Shown piece by piece: positions 10,124-19,336 of a stretch of 64,000 nt of DNA; position 1 is the first letter of the stretch; each line of letters starts with the position of its first letter. Under the pieces are notes generated by a model. That model was not told the origin of the DNA and made no database searches. It saw nothing but the letters and a program-made list of their open reading frames with translations. The DNA lies in the NCBI GenBank assembly GCA_963933835.1, contig CAWVVV010000001.1:352001-416000 (forward strand). The letters run 5' to 3'. This DNA is from an uncultured Puniceicoccaceae bacterium. GTDB lineage: Bacteria; Verrucomicrobiota; Verrucomicrobiia; Opitutales; Oceanipulchritudinaceae. Made by a program: the position numbers and the translations under genes.

Positions 10124-11143
10124 GTGACCCATCTGAGGGAGTTAGAAGACTCAATCACCTATGAACTCCTTAGGCCCATTGCCGAAGGCGGGATGGGCTC
10201 CGTCTACGAAGGCCTCCAGCGGGGTTTAGACGGCTTCCGTAAACGTTTAGCAATCAAGGTGATACGAGAGGAGTACTCCTCGATCAAAGCCTTTAGGAAC
10301 AACTTTCCGGGTGAAGCGCGCCTTGTCGCAGACCTGATTCACAACTGCATCGTCCAGACCTACCACTTGGGTGAAAGCCATGGCCAATACTACATGGTGA
10401 TGGAATTCGTAAACGGGATTAATCTCGAAGAATTCATTCTCCAGCACCGCGCCCTAGGGAACGAAATTCCGGTCGAATTGGCAGCCTTCATCATTTCGCG
10501 GGTTTGTCGCGGCCTCGCCTATGCTCACACCAAAAAGGACCGCGAAGGCAATCCGCTCGATATCGTGCACCGCGATGTCAACCCGCGCAATATCATGATC
10601 TCCTTCGAAGGTGATGTGAAGCTGACCGACTTCGGCATCGCGAAGGCCTTCAAGCTCATGTATAACGAAGAAGGCCGTGTTATCGCTGGGAAAGACGAAT
10701 ACCTCTCCCCCGAGCAAGCCGCACGCGAGGTGACGGATGCAAGGGCTGACCTCTTCTCCTGCGGAGTCGTCCTGTCCGAGCTCATCTGCGGGTATAACCC
10801 CTTTGAGTCGAACGAAACCCCTGAGCAGACGCGCGCCAACATCGTCGCGATGCCACTCCCCCAATGGTCTGAAATACGGCGACCGCTCAGCGACGATATT
10901 TCAGAGATTCTAAACCGCGCCCTAGAGCGATCACGCGAACACCGATTCGATGATGCTGAAGCAACGATGCAGGCCCTCGAAATCTCACTGTATAGCGACG
11001 GCTATGGCCCGACCTCAGAGAAACTAGCCCGCTACGTCAGTGCCCTCTTTGCCAATGGGCGTGCTTACGCCGACGACGTCAATGCGGTCAAGCAGTCGAC
11101 TTTCGGACTCAATCCGCGCGCCACAAACGACAAGTCTTACTGA
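10124..11143 (+). CDS. Hanks-type serine/threonine protein kinase (cytoplasmic, kinase domain only)
   Basis: IAEGGMGSVY, LAIK, IVHRDVNPRN, KLTDFGIAK, YLSPEQ, ADLFSCGVVL. Confidence 0.92.
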   Translation: MTHLRELEDSITYELLRPIAEGGMGSVYEGLQRGLDGFRKRLAIKVIREEYSSIKAFRNNFPGEARLVADLIHNCIVQTYHLGESHGQYYMVMEFVNGINLEEFILQHRALGNEIPVELAAFIISRVCRGLAYAHTKKDREGNPLDIVHRDVNPRNIMISFEGDVKLTDFGIAKAFKLMYNEEGRVIAGKDEYLSPEQAAREVTDARADLFSCGVVLSELICGYNPFESNETPEQTRANIVAMPLPQWSEIRRPLSDDISEILNRALERSREHRFDDAEATMQALEISLYSDGYGPTSEKLARYVSALFANGRAYADDVNAVKQSTFGLNPRATNDKSY

Positions 11144-12618
11144 TGCCTTCCCAGGGATTTCAACAGGTTCAGAAGCTGTCGCAGTCGCAAGTCCTCGCGC
11201 CTCAGCTACGGCAGTCCCTCAAGATACTGCAGGTGCCAGCCCTTGAGCTACGCAGTGCCATCCTCGAAGAACTTCAGAGCAACCCAGCCCTCGAAGAGCT
11301 CTCCACCGAAGGCATCTCATCGGTCGAAGAGCAAAGCGGCCCAGTCGAAACGCTCAACGAGGACGGAGAGCGTGTCCCTGAAAAAACCGAATCGAAGGAA
11401 GTTCTCGAATTCGGCGAAGACTTCTCTGTCTTACAAAAACTCAGCGACGACTGGGCCGACATCATGCACCAGGAGTCGGGCGAGTTCGAATACACGAGCG
11501 ACGACGCCAAACGACGCCAGCACTTCTTCGATTCAGTCACGGGCGAAACCTCGATGCAGGAAAATCTTATCGAGCAAGCGCGCATGCAAGAAGCTGACGA
11601 GGAAACGATCAAGGCGCTCGAATATCTCGTAGGCAGCCTCGACGATCGCGGATTCATGACCACGAAGGCTTCCGAAATCGCACTCTACAGTGATCTTCCT
11701 CTGCGCACCGTGCAGGAAGCAGGACGCCTCTTAAAGACCCTCGAACCGCCAGGGATCGGCGCCGAAGACGTCCAGGAATGCCTTCTCATTCAACTTCGCC
11801 TCAACCGGCGAGGAGGCAGTATCGCGGCGGAAATCGTCCAAGACCACTGGCAACTTCTACTACGCAGGCGTGTGCCAGACATTGCTCGACGCATGAGCCT
11901 GACGACTGAAGACGTGCAGCAAGCCGTGCTTGAAATCGCCCGCCTTGACCCATCCCCCGGGCGGCAATTTTCTGAGGACGCCAACCGCGTCATCGTGCCC
12001 GACATCACCGTCTCACAAGATGACATGGACGAGTGGCAAATCGAGCTGCACAACGACTACATTCCACGCCTTCGCATCTCTCCCGTCTACAAAGAGATGA
12101 TGGCTAAGGGCGTTCTCAAGGGGAAGGACCGTGAATTTCTACAAGAAAAGTTTCGTAGTGGAAAATTTCTGATCAGCTCGATCGAGCAACGACAGCAGAC
12201 GATTGAACGCATCACGCGTGAGATCCTCATTTATCAGGAAGCTTTTTTCGAAGAAGGGAGTTCTAAACTAAAGCCCCTCACGATGAACCAAATCGCTGAA
12301 CGCGTCGGCGTTCACGAAACAACCGTCAGCCGGGCGATCGCGAATAAATACATCCGCACACCACATGGCATCTTCGAGTTGAAGTATTTCTTCACCCCCG
12401 GATACGAAGGACAAAACGGAACCGCGCTCTCGAACACTTCGGTCAAAGAGCGCATTGCTAAAATCATCGAAGACGAACCTTCTTCAAAGCCTCTCAGCGA
12501 TCAGAAAGTCGTCGAAGTCTTGGCAGGTGAAGATGTTAAAATCGCCCGTCGAACGGTCGCAAAATACCGCGAAGAACTCGGAATCCTTCCGACTAACCTC
12601 CGTCGCCAATACGCTTAG
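11143..12618 (+). CDS. rpoN: RNA polymerase sigma-54 factor
   Basis: PQLRQSLKILQ, GVHETTVSRAIANKY, RpoN box ARRTVAKYRE. Confidence 0.97.
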   Translation: MPSQGFQQVQKLSQSQVLAPQLRQSLKILQVPALELRSAILEELQSNPALEELSTEGISSVEEQSGPVETLNEDGERVPEKTESKEVLEFGEDFSVLQKLSDDWADIMHQESGEFEYTSDDAKRRQHFFDSVTGETSMQENLIEQARMQEADEETIKALEYLVGSLDDRGFMTTKASEIALYSDLPLRTVQEAGRLLKTLEPPGIGAEDVQECLLIQLRLNRRGGSIAAEIVQDHWQLLLRRRVPDIARRMSLTTEDVQQAVLEIARLDPSPGRQFSEDANRVIVPDITVSQDDMDEWQIELHNDYIPRLRISPVYKEMMAKGVLKGKDREFLQEKFRSGKFLISSIEQRQQTIERITREILIYQEAFFEEGSSKLKPLTMNQIAERVGVHETTVSRAIANKYIRTPHGIFELKYFFTPGYEGQNGTALSNTSVKERIAKIIEDEPSSKPLSDQKVVEVLAGEDVKIARRTVAKYREELGILPTNLRRQYA

Positions 12619-12623
12619 TCCCC

Positions 12624-13304
12624 GTGGCTACCTCACCGCCATCAGCCCTTTGGCAAGGCCCTACCCTTGTTCTCGATTGCTCGACGATGCACACCCAGAT
12701 TGGCATCATCGAAAACGCCGTCTGGCTCGCCTTTACTGAAACAAAGGGCGATGCCCTTGAGACAATCTTCCGCAGCATCGATCAGGTTTTAAAGGAAACA
12801 GGGCGAACCCTCAGCGAGATCGCCTCGGTGGCGATAGGCATCGGTCCCGGATCGATCCTCGGCCTTCGCCTCTCGCTCATGGCTCTCGAGACCTGGCGCG
12901 CCCTCCCGCAGCTCAAGCACTGGCAGTGCTACGCTTTTCACGGGCTCGAACTACAGGCCCAGTTCCTCCGCACCAGAAGCCAAGACGACTTCCACCTCAT
13001 GAGCGACTTTCGGGGCGAAAGCTGGCACCTGATCAGCGTTGTCGATGGCGTTCCCGCCCCTCTCCAGATCGCCGACGACGAAGCGCTCAAGTCACTCCCA
13101 GGGACGCTTTACTACAGCCCGACCGGACGTGGCCGCCAAAAGATGCCGAGGAGCGACACCACCGAGGCCGTGTTTTCCCTTTCAAAGCTGCCGGCCCTTG
13201 CACCCGGCACTTGGGCCAAAAAGGTTGAGACGCCTGAGCTCTACCTGCCTAGCCCGCCTGTATTTAAAAAATGGGACGCAAAACCACACCGAGGCCATGC
13301 CTAG
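12624..13304 (+). CDS. tsaB: tRNA t6A biosynthesis protein TsaB
   Basis: TLVLDCST, VAIGIGPGSILGLR; tsaD is present later in the window. Confidence 0.8.
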   Translation: MATSPPSALWQGPTLVLDCSTMHTQIGIIENAVWLAFTETKGDALETIFRSIDQVLKETGRTLSEIASVAIGIGPGSILGLRLSLMALETWRALPQLKHWQCYAFHGLELQAQFLRTRSQDDFHLMSDFRGESWHLISVVDGVPAPLQIADDEALKSLPGTLYYSPTGRGRQKMPRSDTTEAVFSLSKLPALAPGTWAKKVETPELYLPSPPVFKKWDAKPHRGHA

Positions 13305-14457
13305 CTCGCCCAAAATGAGAATACCGCCCCACATTCGCGCATGGGTCGAAATCGATCTAGGCCGACTGGAGGCGAACGTCGCCACAGTGCGAACGGCCCT
13401 TCCTAAGCACCTCCAATACATCGCAGTGGTTAAAGCAGATGCCTATGGGCATGGATTAGAAGCTGTCGTGGAGCGCCTTATGCGTGCTGACGTCGATGTC
13501 TTCGCAGTCGCTAACCTCTCTGAAGCCAATACGATTCGTGAGATTGGAACAGGCTGGCCAATCTTGGTTCTCTCCGCCCTCCTTCCCGGTGAGGAAACCC
13601 AAGCGGTGCAACTCGGCATCATGCAGACCGTGTCTAGCGAAGGCGAAGTGCACCGCCTCCAACGAGCCGCCTGCAAATTTAAAAAGCCAGTCCGCGTTCA
13701 CCTCAAAATCGACACCGGAATGGGCCGCCTCGGTGTCTTGCCTGCCGCCGCTAGCGGCGTCTATCAAGCGATCTGCAATAGCTCACACTTAGAGCTCGCC
13801 GGCATCTCGACCCACTTTGCTGATTCCAACGCCGACCCAGACTACACCGCGATTCAGCGAGAACGTTTTCTAAAAACGCTCAACGTCCTCAATCATTCGG
13901 ACGCTAACGATCAGCTCGTCCATGCCGATAACAGCGCCGGCCTCGACACTTTTCCTCCGGGCGGACCTTTCAATGGAGCTCGCGTCGGACTGCTTCAATT
14001 TGGTGTTAGCCCTCACCCTGGCTCGCTCCTCGCGACGGTACGCACTCTGCCCGTCCTCACCTTTCACACCCGCCTGTCACTTATCAAAACACTCCCGGAG
14101 GGGCACAGCGTCAGCTATGGACGCACCCACCAACTGAGCAAAGAAACCCGCATCGGCGTTCTCTCAGCCGGCTATGGAGACGGCATTCCAACCGCCTTTA
14201 GCAACTCCGGGCACATCCTCCTACGCGGACAAAAGTGCCCGATCTTAGGACGCGTCACGATGGATCAGACAATGATCGATTTGAGCGCTGTTCCAGAGGC
14301 TGAAGTGGGCGACACTGCGACCCTCATTGGAGACCAGGGGGCGCACGCTATCACGGCCCGCGAGTTTGCCTTTTCAAGCCATCAGATCCCGTGGGAAGCC
14401 TTTTGTGCGATCACCGGACGGGTGGCGCGTTTTTATCGAACAGATACGGCTCTCTAA
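13297..14457 (+). CDS. alr: Alanine racemase
   Basis: AVVKADAYGHG (PLP lysine), HLKIDTGMGRLG, GYGDG, GRVTMDQTM; start placed at ATG 13297. Confidence 0.95.
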   Translation: MPSSPKMRIPPHIRAWVEIDLGRLEANVATVRTALPKHLQYIAVVKADAYGHGLEAVVERLMRADVDVFAVANLSEANTIREIGTGWPILVLSALLPGEETQAVQLGIMQTVSSEGEVHRLQRAACKFKKPVRVHLKIDTGMGRLGVLPAAASGVYQAICNSSHLELAGISTHFADSNADPDYTAIQRERFLKTLNVLNHSDANDQLVHADNSAGLDTFPPGGPFNGARVGLLQFGVSPHPGSLLATVRTLPVLTFHTRLSLIKTLPEGHSVSYGRTHQLSKETRIGVLSAGYGDGIPTAFSNSGHILLRGQKCPILGRVTMDQTMIDLSAVPEAEVGDTATLIGDQGAHAITAREFAFSSHQIPWEAFCAITGRVARFYRTDTAL

Positions 14458-14537
14458 TCCCACAGATACTCGTTCTACACGATTGACGCGAACCCCCGTA
14501 TTATCCGACTATCAGTCTCTACCCTATTACACCCCAA

Positions 14538-16379
14538 ATGAGTCCAACCACCTCCCTAACGGAACTCGATTCCGCGGTCATTCGTTTTGCCGGTGATTCC
14601 GGTGATGGCATGCAAACCGTCGGTGATCAATTCACTGACAGCAGCGCCCTTGCAGGTAACGATATCTGCACCCTTCCGGATTTCCCCGCTGAGATCCGTG
14701 CGCCCGCTGGATCTCTCCCCGGCGTATCTGGATTTCAACTACAATTCGGACGCACAGAGGTGCTCACTCCCGGCGATGCACCCGATGCCCTCGTCGCGAT
14801 GAATCCCGCCGCGCTGAAGACAAATTTAGGCGATCTCACTCGAGGTGGACTCCTCGTGGTCAACACCGCCGCTTTCACAGACGCCAATCTAAAGCTCGCC
14901 GAATACACCGAAAACCCTCTCGAAGTTCCCGAGCTGGACGAAAACTACGAGGTCATCCGCATCGATCTCAACCGGCTCACGATCGAAGCCCTCGCCGAGC
15001 TTGAGATGAGCCAGCGCGACAAGCTCCGCTGCAAAAATTTCTTCGCCCTTGGTTTCATGTATTGGGTGTATGGCCGCCCGATCGAAGCCACGCTCAAGTT
15101 CATCAATTCAAAGTGGTCGAAGAAGAGACCCGAAGTCGCCGACGCGAACATCAAGGTCCTGAAAGCCGGCTACTACTTCGGCGAAACAACCGAAATATCG
15201 CGGAACCGCTACCAGATCGCAGCCGCAGCCGTCAGCCCAGGCATCTATCGGAAAATCGCTGGAAACGAGGCCCTTGTTATCGGACTCATTGCTGCCGCCA
15301 AACAAGCGAAGCGTGATCTCCTCTACTCCGGCTACCCGATCACCCCCGCTTCCTCGATCCTCGAGAACCTAGCAAGCTACAAGGCCTATGGCGTTAAGAC
15401 CGTCCAAGCGGAAGACGAAATCGCTGCGATCGGTATCGCCCTCGGCGGAAGCTACAGTGGACACCTCGGCGTCACTGCCACGAGTGGACCTGGACTGTGC
15501 CTGAAGAGTGAATTTCTAGGCCTCGCTCATGCGGTCGAACTTCCCCTCATTGTCATCGACGTGCAGCGCGGCGGCCCGAGTACCGGCCTTCCAACCAAGA
15601 CTGAGCAGGCCGACCTTCTCATGGCCCTCTTTGGTCGCCACGGCGAATGTCCGACACCGGTCATCGCCGCCTCGACGCCCAGTGACTGTTTCGAAACCGC
15701 GATCGAAGCCACTCGCATTGCACTTAAATATAGCACTCCAATCATCATTCTGAGTGACCTCTACATCGCCAATGGGTCAGAACCATGGGAGGTGCCTGAA
15801 GCATCGAGCCTTCCAGATCTCTCCGTTCCACTCGCTCCCGAAGGCAAGCCTTACGTAACCTTTGCGCGCGACAAAGAGACCCTCTCACGCACCCAAGCGA
15901 TTCCCGGCCAACCTGGCCTTGAGCACCGTATCGGCGGCCTCGAAAAAGAGGAAGGTGGAGCCGTTTCTTACGACCCGGATAATCACGAGCAGATGAGCCG
16001 ACTGCGCGCCGAAAAGATCGCACGCATCGCCGACTCAATTCCTCCCACTCAGATCAACGGCGACACCTCCGGCGATATTCTCATCATTGGATGGGGTGGC
16101 ACCTACGGGGCAATCACCGCCGCCGTGAATGGCTTGCGCACCGAGGGATATAAAGTGAGCAATATCCACATCCGCCATATGAATCCTTTGCCAAAAGATA
16201 TTAAGGCCATCGCGGCGAACTTCGACCAAGTGCTCATCCCAGAGATCAACTTTGGCCAGCTCTCGTTCATCCTTCAGCCCGTCCTTGATCGAAAGATAGA
16301 GACCTTTAATCAACTCAAAGGTCGCCCCTTCAGAGTTGAGGAAATGAAGAACCACATCGTCGAACTCCTCAAAGCCTAA
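14538..16379 (+). CDS. korA: 2-oxoacid:ferredoxin oxidoreductase alpha subunit
   Basis: RFAGDSGDGMQ, GYPITPAS, QAEDEIAA, TATSGPG, VQRGGPSTGLPTK. Confidence 0.93.
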   Translation: MSPTTSLTELDSAVIRFAGDSGDGMQTVGDQFTDSSALAGNDICTLPDFPAEIRAPAGSLPGVSGFQLQFGRTEVLTPGDAPDALVAMNPAALKTNLGDLTRGGLLVVNTAAFTDANLKLAEYTENPLEVPELDENYEVIRIDLNRLTIEALAELEMSQRDKLRCKNFFALGFMYWVYGRPIEATLKFINSKWSKKRPEVADANIKVLKAGYYFGETTEISRNRYQIAAAAVSPGIYRKIAGNEALVIGLIAAAKQAKRDLLYSGYPITPASSILENLASYKAYGVKTVQAEDEIAAIGIALGGSYSGHLGVTATSGPGLCLKSEFLGLAHAVELPLIVIDVQRGGPSTGLPTKTEQADLLMALFGRHGECPTPVIAASTPSDCFETAIEATRIALKYSTPIIILSDLYIANGSEPWEVPEASSLPDLSVPLAPEGKPYVTFARDKETLSRTQAIPGQPGLEHRIGGLEKEEGGAVSYDPDNHEQMSRLRAEKIARIADSIPPTQINGDTSGDILIIGWGGTYGAITAAVNGLRTEGYKVSNIHIRHMNPLPKDIKAIAANFDQVLIPEINFGQLSFILQPVLDRKIETFNQLKGRPFRVEEMKNHIVELLKA

Positions 16380-16400
16380 CCCTCTACCCCCGACCGCGTC

Positions 16401-17423
16401 ATGACTACGACAGCCGAAGCCCCCTTAACGAAAAAAGATTTTGTCACCTCAAACGATGTTCGCTGGTGCCCCGGCTGCGGTGATTACGCCATCCTCAATG
16501 CCCTCCAGCGCGTCCTCCCTGAGCTCGGCATACCGAAAGAGGATTACGTCATCGTCAGTGGGATCGGCTGCTCAAGCCGCTTTCCTTACTACATGAACAC
16601 CTACGGGTTTCACACCATCCACGGCCGCGCTCCCACCGTCGCGACAGGGGTCAAAGTCGCCAACCCAAAGCTCTCCGTCTGGATCATTACGGGCGACGGC
16701 GATGGCCTCTCGATTGGCGGAAATCACTTGATGCACCTCATGCGGCGCAATGTGAACGTCAACGTCCTCCTCTTTAATAACCGCATCTACGGGCTCACAA
16801 AAGGCCAATACAGCCCGACCTCAGAAGAGGGAACGCGGACGAAGAGCACCCCGATGGGATCGGTCGATCGTCCCATAAATCCACTACGTTTTGCTCTAAG
16901 TGCTGAAGCTGGCTTCATTGCCCGCACCTTAGACAACAACGTGAAGCACATGGTCTCGACCTTCAAAGCAGCCCACGAACACCCGGGCCTCAGCTTCGTC
17001 GAGATCTTACAGAACTGCGTCATCTTTAACGACAAGACTTGGGACCCCGTCTACAGCAAAAAGACGCGGCAAGATAACCTACTCTTCCTCGAAGAAGGCA
17101 AACCCCTCTTCTACGGCGCTGAAAAGAACAAAGGCCTGCGCATCGACCAGACGCTCAAACCAGAGATCGTCACGGTCGGCGAAAACGGCGTCACCGAAGA
17201 CGACATCATCGTCCACCGCCCAAGAGATCCAGAGCCCCTCTACTCCTCCATGCTCGCGCAGCTCAACTACCCCGAATACCCGAGCGTAGCAGGCATTCTA
17301 CGACAAATCGAACGCCCCACCTACGAGAGCCTCGTCGCTGATCAAATCACCGCTGCCCAAGTACGCAAAGCACCTGGCAGCCTCGACGACCTCATTCGAG
17401 GCGACGCATCCTGGACGGTCTAG
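16401..17423 (+). CDS. korB: 2-oxoacid:ferredoxin oxidoreductase beta subunit
   Basis: RWCPGCGDY, SGIGCSSR, TPP motif GDGDGLSIGGNH...NN. Confidence 0.93.
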   Translation: MTTTAEAPLTKKDFVTSNDVRWCPGCGDYAILNALQRVLPELGIPKEDYVIVSGIGCSSRFPYYMNTYGFHTIHGRAPTVATGVKVANPKLSVWIITGDGDGLSIGGNHLMHLMRRNVNVNVLLFNNRIYGLTKGQYSPTSEEGTRTKSTPMGSVDRPINPLRFALSAEAGFIARTLDNNVKHMVSTFKAAHEHPGLSFVEILQNCVIFNDKTWDPVYSKKTRQDNLLFLEEGKPLFYGAEKNKGLRIDQTLKPEIVTVGENGVTEDDIIVHRPRDPEPLYSSMLAQLNYPEYPSVAGILRQIERPTYESLVADQITAAQVRKAPGSLDDLIRGDASWTV

Positions 17424-18421
17424 AACGCCTCGTTTTTGAGGTCTCGCTCCATCAGGGCAGTGAGCGCGGCAAGGAGGTTTTGGCCTTCGAAGAGGATGCT
17501 GTAGACTTGATCAAGGATGGGAGCGCTGATCCCTTCTTCTTGGCAGATGGCATGGAAACAAGCCGCGCTGCGATAGCCTTCGACCGTCATCCCGCTTTCT
17601 AGGAGCTGTTCGACGGTTGAACCTTCAGCGAGGAGTTTTCCGAAGCGTCGGTTCCGGCTTTCGTCACCATTGCACGTAAGCATCAAGTCACCGAGGCCAG
17701 AGAGGCCAAAAAATGTTTCGGGGTTACCACCAAGGGCTCCACCGACCCGAACAAGCTCGCGTAGCGCCCGAGTAACGAGCGCAGCGGTACTGTTATGACC
17801 GAGCCCAAGTCCTATCCCCATTCCCGCCGCAATCGCGTAGACATTTTTCAGGCAACCACCGAGCTGCACACCGACAGGATCATCACTCGTGTAAACACGG
17901 AGGGTGCGATCACTCATGGCGGCTTGGAGAGCTTGTGTTTCTTTGGCCGGAGCTTTTGTCCCGAGGACGATGGCGGAGGGTTGGCCTTTCGCCACTTCAC
18001 TCGCAAAGGTAGGCCCAGATAGCACCCCGATTTGATACCCGGGCAGCTCATCTTCCATTACCTCAAGGGGCAAACGGTTGGTATCCACTTCCAGTCCTTT
18101 GCAGAGGGCAAGGACCCAGCGCAGATTAGTCGCGAGACCGGATTTTGCTTTGAGCTCCTTGCAGGTGTCGCGGAGGAATTTCGATGGGCAGGCTAAGATC
18201 GCAACATCCGCCTCCATCAGCGCAGGAGTGAGCTCCGTTGAAATCTGAAAACTGGCCGGTAATTCGACGCCCGGGAGGCGGCGCTTGTGCTCGCGCCGGG
18301 TTGTCATTTCAAGCGCTTCTTCGAGATCTCGAGCAATCAGCGTAACGCGGTGACCGGATCGATCTAGATGCAACGCCAGGGCAGTTCCCCAAGCACCGGA
18401 AGGATAGACACAAATATTCAT
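17420..18421 (-). CDS. gpsA: NAD(P)H-dependent glycerol-3-phosphate dehydrogenase
   Basis: SGAWGTALA, CKGLE, LSGPTFASEV, GGCLKNVYAIAAG, GLSGLGDL..TC...SRN. Confidence 0.95.
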   Translation of the reverse strand: MNICVYPSGAWGTALALHLDRSGHRVTLIARDLEEALEMTTRREHKRRLPGVELPASFQISTELTPALMEADVAILACPSKFLRDTCKELKAKSGLATNLRWVLALCKGLEVDTNRLPLEVMEDELPGYQIGVLSGPTFASEVAKGQPSAIVLGTKAPAKETQALQAAMSDRTLRVYTSDDPVGVQLGGCLKNVYAIAAGMGIGLGLGHNSTAALVTRALRELVRVGGALGGNPETFFGLSGLGDLMLTCNGDESRNRRFGKLLAEGSTVEQLLESGMTVEGYRSAACFHAICQEEGISAPILDQVYSILFEGQNLLAALTALMERDLKNEAF

Positions 18422-18555
18422 TCAGAAGTAAAATTGATCGCTAGTCGAAGATGGGTTGTCGAAGCTCATAATCTGATCGTCGTTCGGAGACTGGCAACGC
18501 TTGCTTTTATCTTCTCGATGACCGACGACAGGAATGGCTCTGCTTACACCCTCCC

Positions 18556-18843
18556 ATGATTCGAAGATTTTTCCAATGGCGCGCTAAACGACGGCTCGCG
18601 CGCACCCGCTACCGCTTCGATCGACGGAGCTATCCGGGGCGGTTTCAGGCCGGATTTTTAAGCCACCTCCAACAGGGTAGCTTTTGGGAGATGAATAAGA
18701 ATCCGCGCTTACGTCGCCGGGGCCGGCGCCAGACCGTGCTCCTCCTCCTCGTTATCATCGGCACGATACTTCTGATCTGGGGAATTATAACCAGCATCGA
18801 AGGGATCAAACTGTTTGCCCTCCAGACGTCCTCTATAAACTGA
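18556..18843 (+). CDS. Hypothetical basic protein with a single TM helix
   Basis: Arg-rich N-terminus followed by one hydrophobic helix; fills the gap before the DUF971 gene on the same strand. Confidence 0.55.
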   Translation: MIRRFFQWRAKRRLARTRYRFDRRSYPGRFQAGFLSHLQQGSFWEMNKNPRLRRRGRRQTVLLLLVIIGTILLIWGIITSIEGIKLFALQTSSIN

Positions 18844-18849
18844 CCGACA

Positions 18850-19164
18850 ATGATTTCTGCTCCCACTCAAATTGCTCTCATCGGTGACTTCGTCGCCATC
18901 GTTTGGCCCGACGAGCGCGAAGACGTCCACGCCATGGATGCGCTCCGTGCGGCCTCCCCGAGCGCCGAAAACAAAGGCGAAGCCGATCTCTTCGGGCACG
19001 TTCACGGGGGAGATCCCCGGACGGAGTATCCCGGCGTAAAAGTCGACAACTGGGAATGGGTCGGCTCCTACGCGGTGCGCTTCATCTTTTCCGACAGCCA
19101 TCAAAGCGGTCTTTTTAGCTACGAACTTTTACGCGAATTAGGCGAGGACACGGCTAACTCGTAG
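18850..19164 (+). CDS. DUF971 / gamma-butyrobetaine hydroxylase-like N-terminal domain protein
   Basis: LRAASPSAE, VGSYAVRFIFSDSHQSGLFSYELL. Confidence 0.88.
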   Translation: MISAPTQIALIGDFVAIVWPDEREDVHAMDALRAASPSAENKGEADLFGHVHGGDPRTEYPGVKVDNWEWVGSYAVRFIFSDSHQSGLFSYELLRELGEDTANS

Positions 19165-19336
19165 ACCTGTGTATGCGCACATTGAACACTCCATCCGGAG
19201 GCTAGTCTGACCCTAAGACCCCATAAAGGTGGAGTCTCATTCCGGATTCGCATTTTGTCAGATTCTTACCAATATCAGCGCAATACTCTTTATAAGTCGA
19301 AGTGAGCCCCTTCCTGATCGATATACCAGTTACCCA

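Noticed and set aside
18491..18505. Sigma-54 promoter-like TGGCA...TTGC
   Set aside because: GG-to-GC spacing is 2 bp too short for a -24/-12 promoter.
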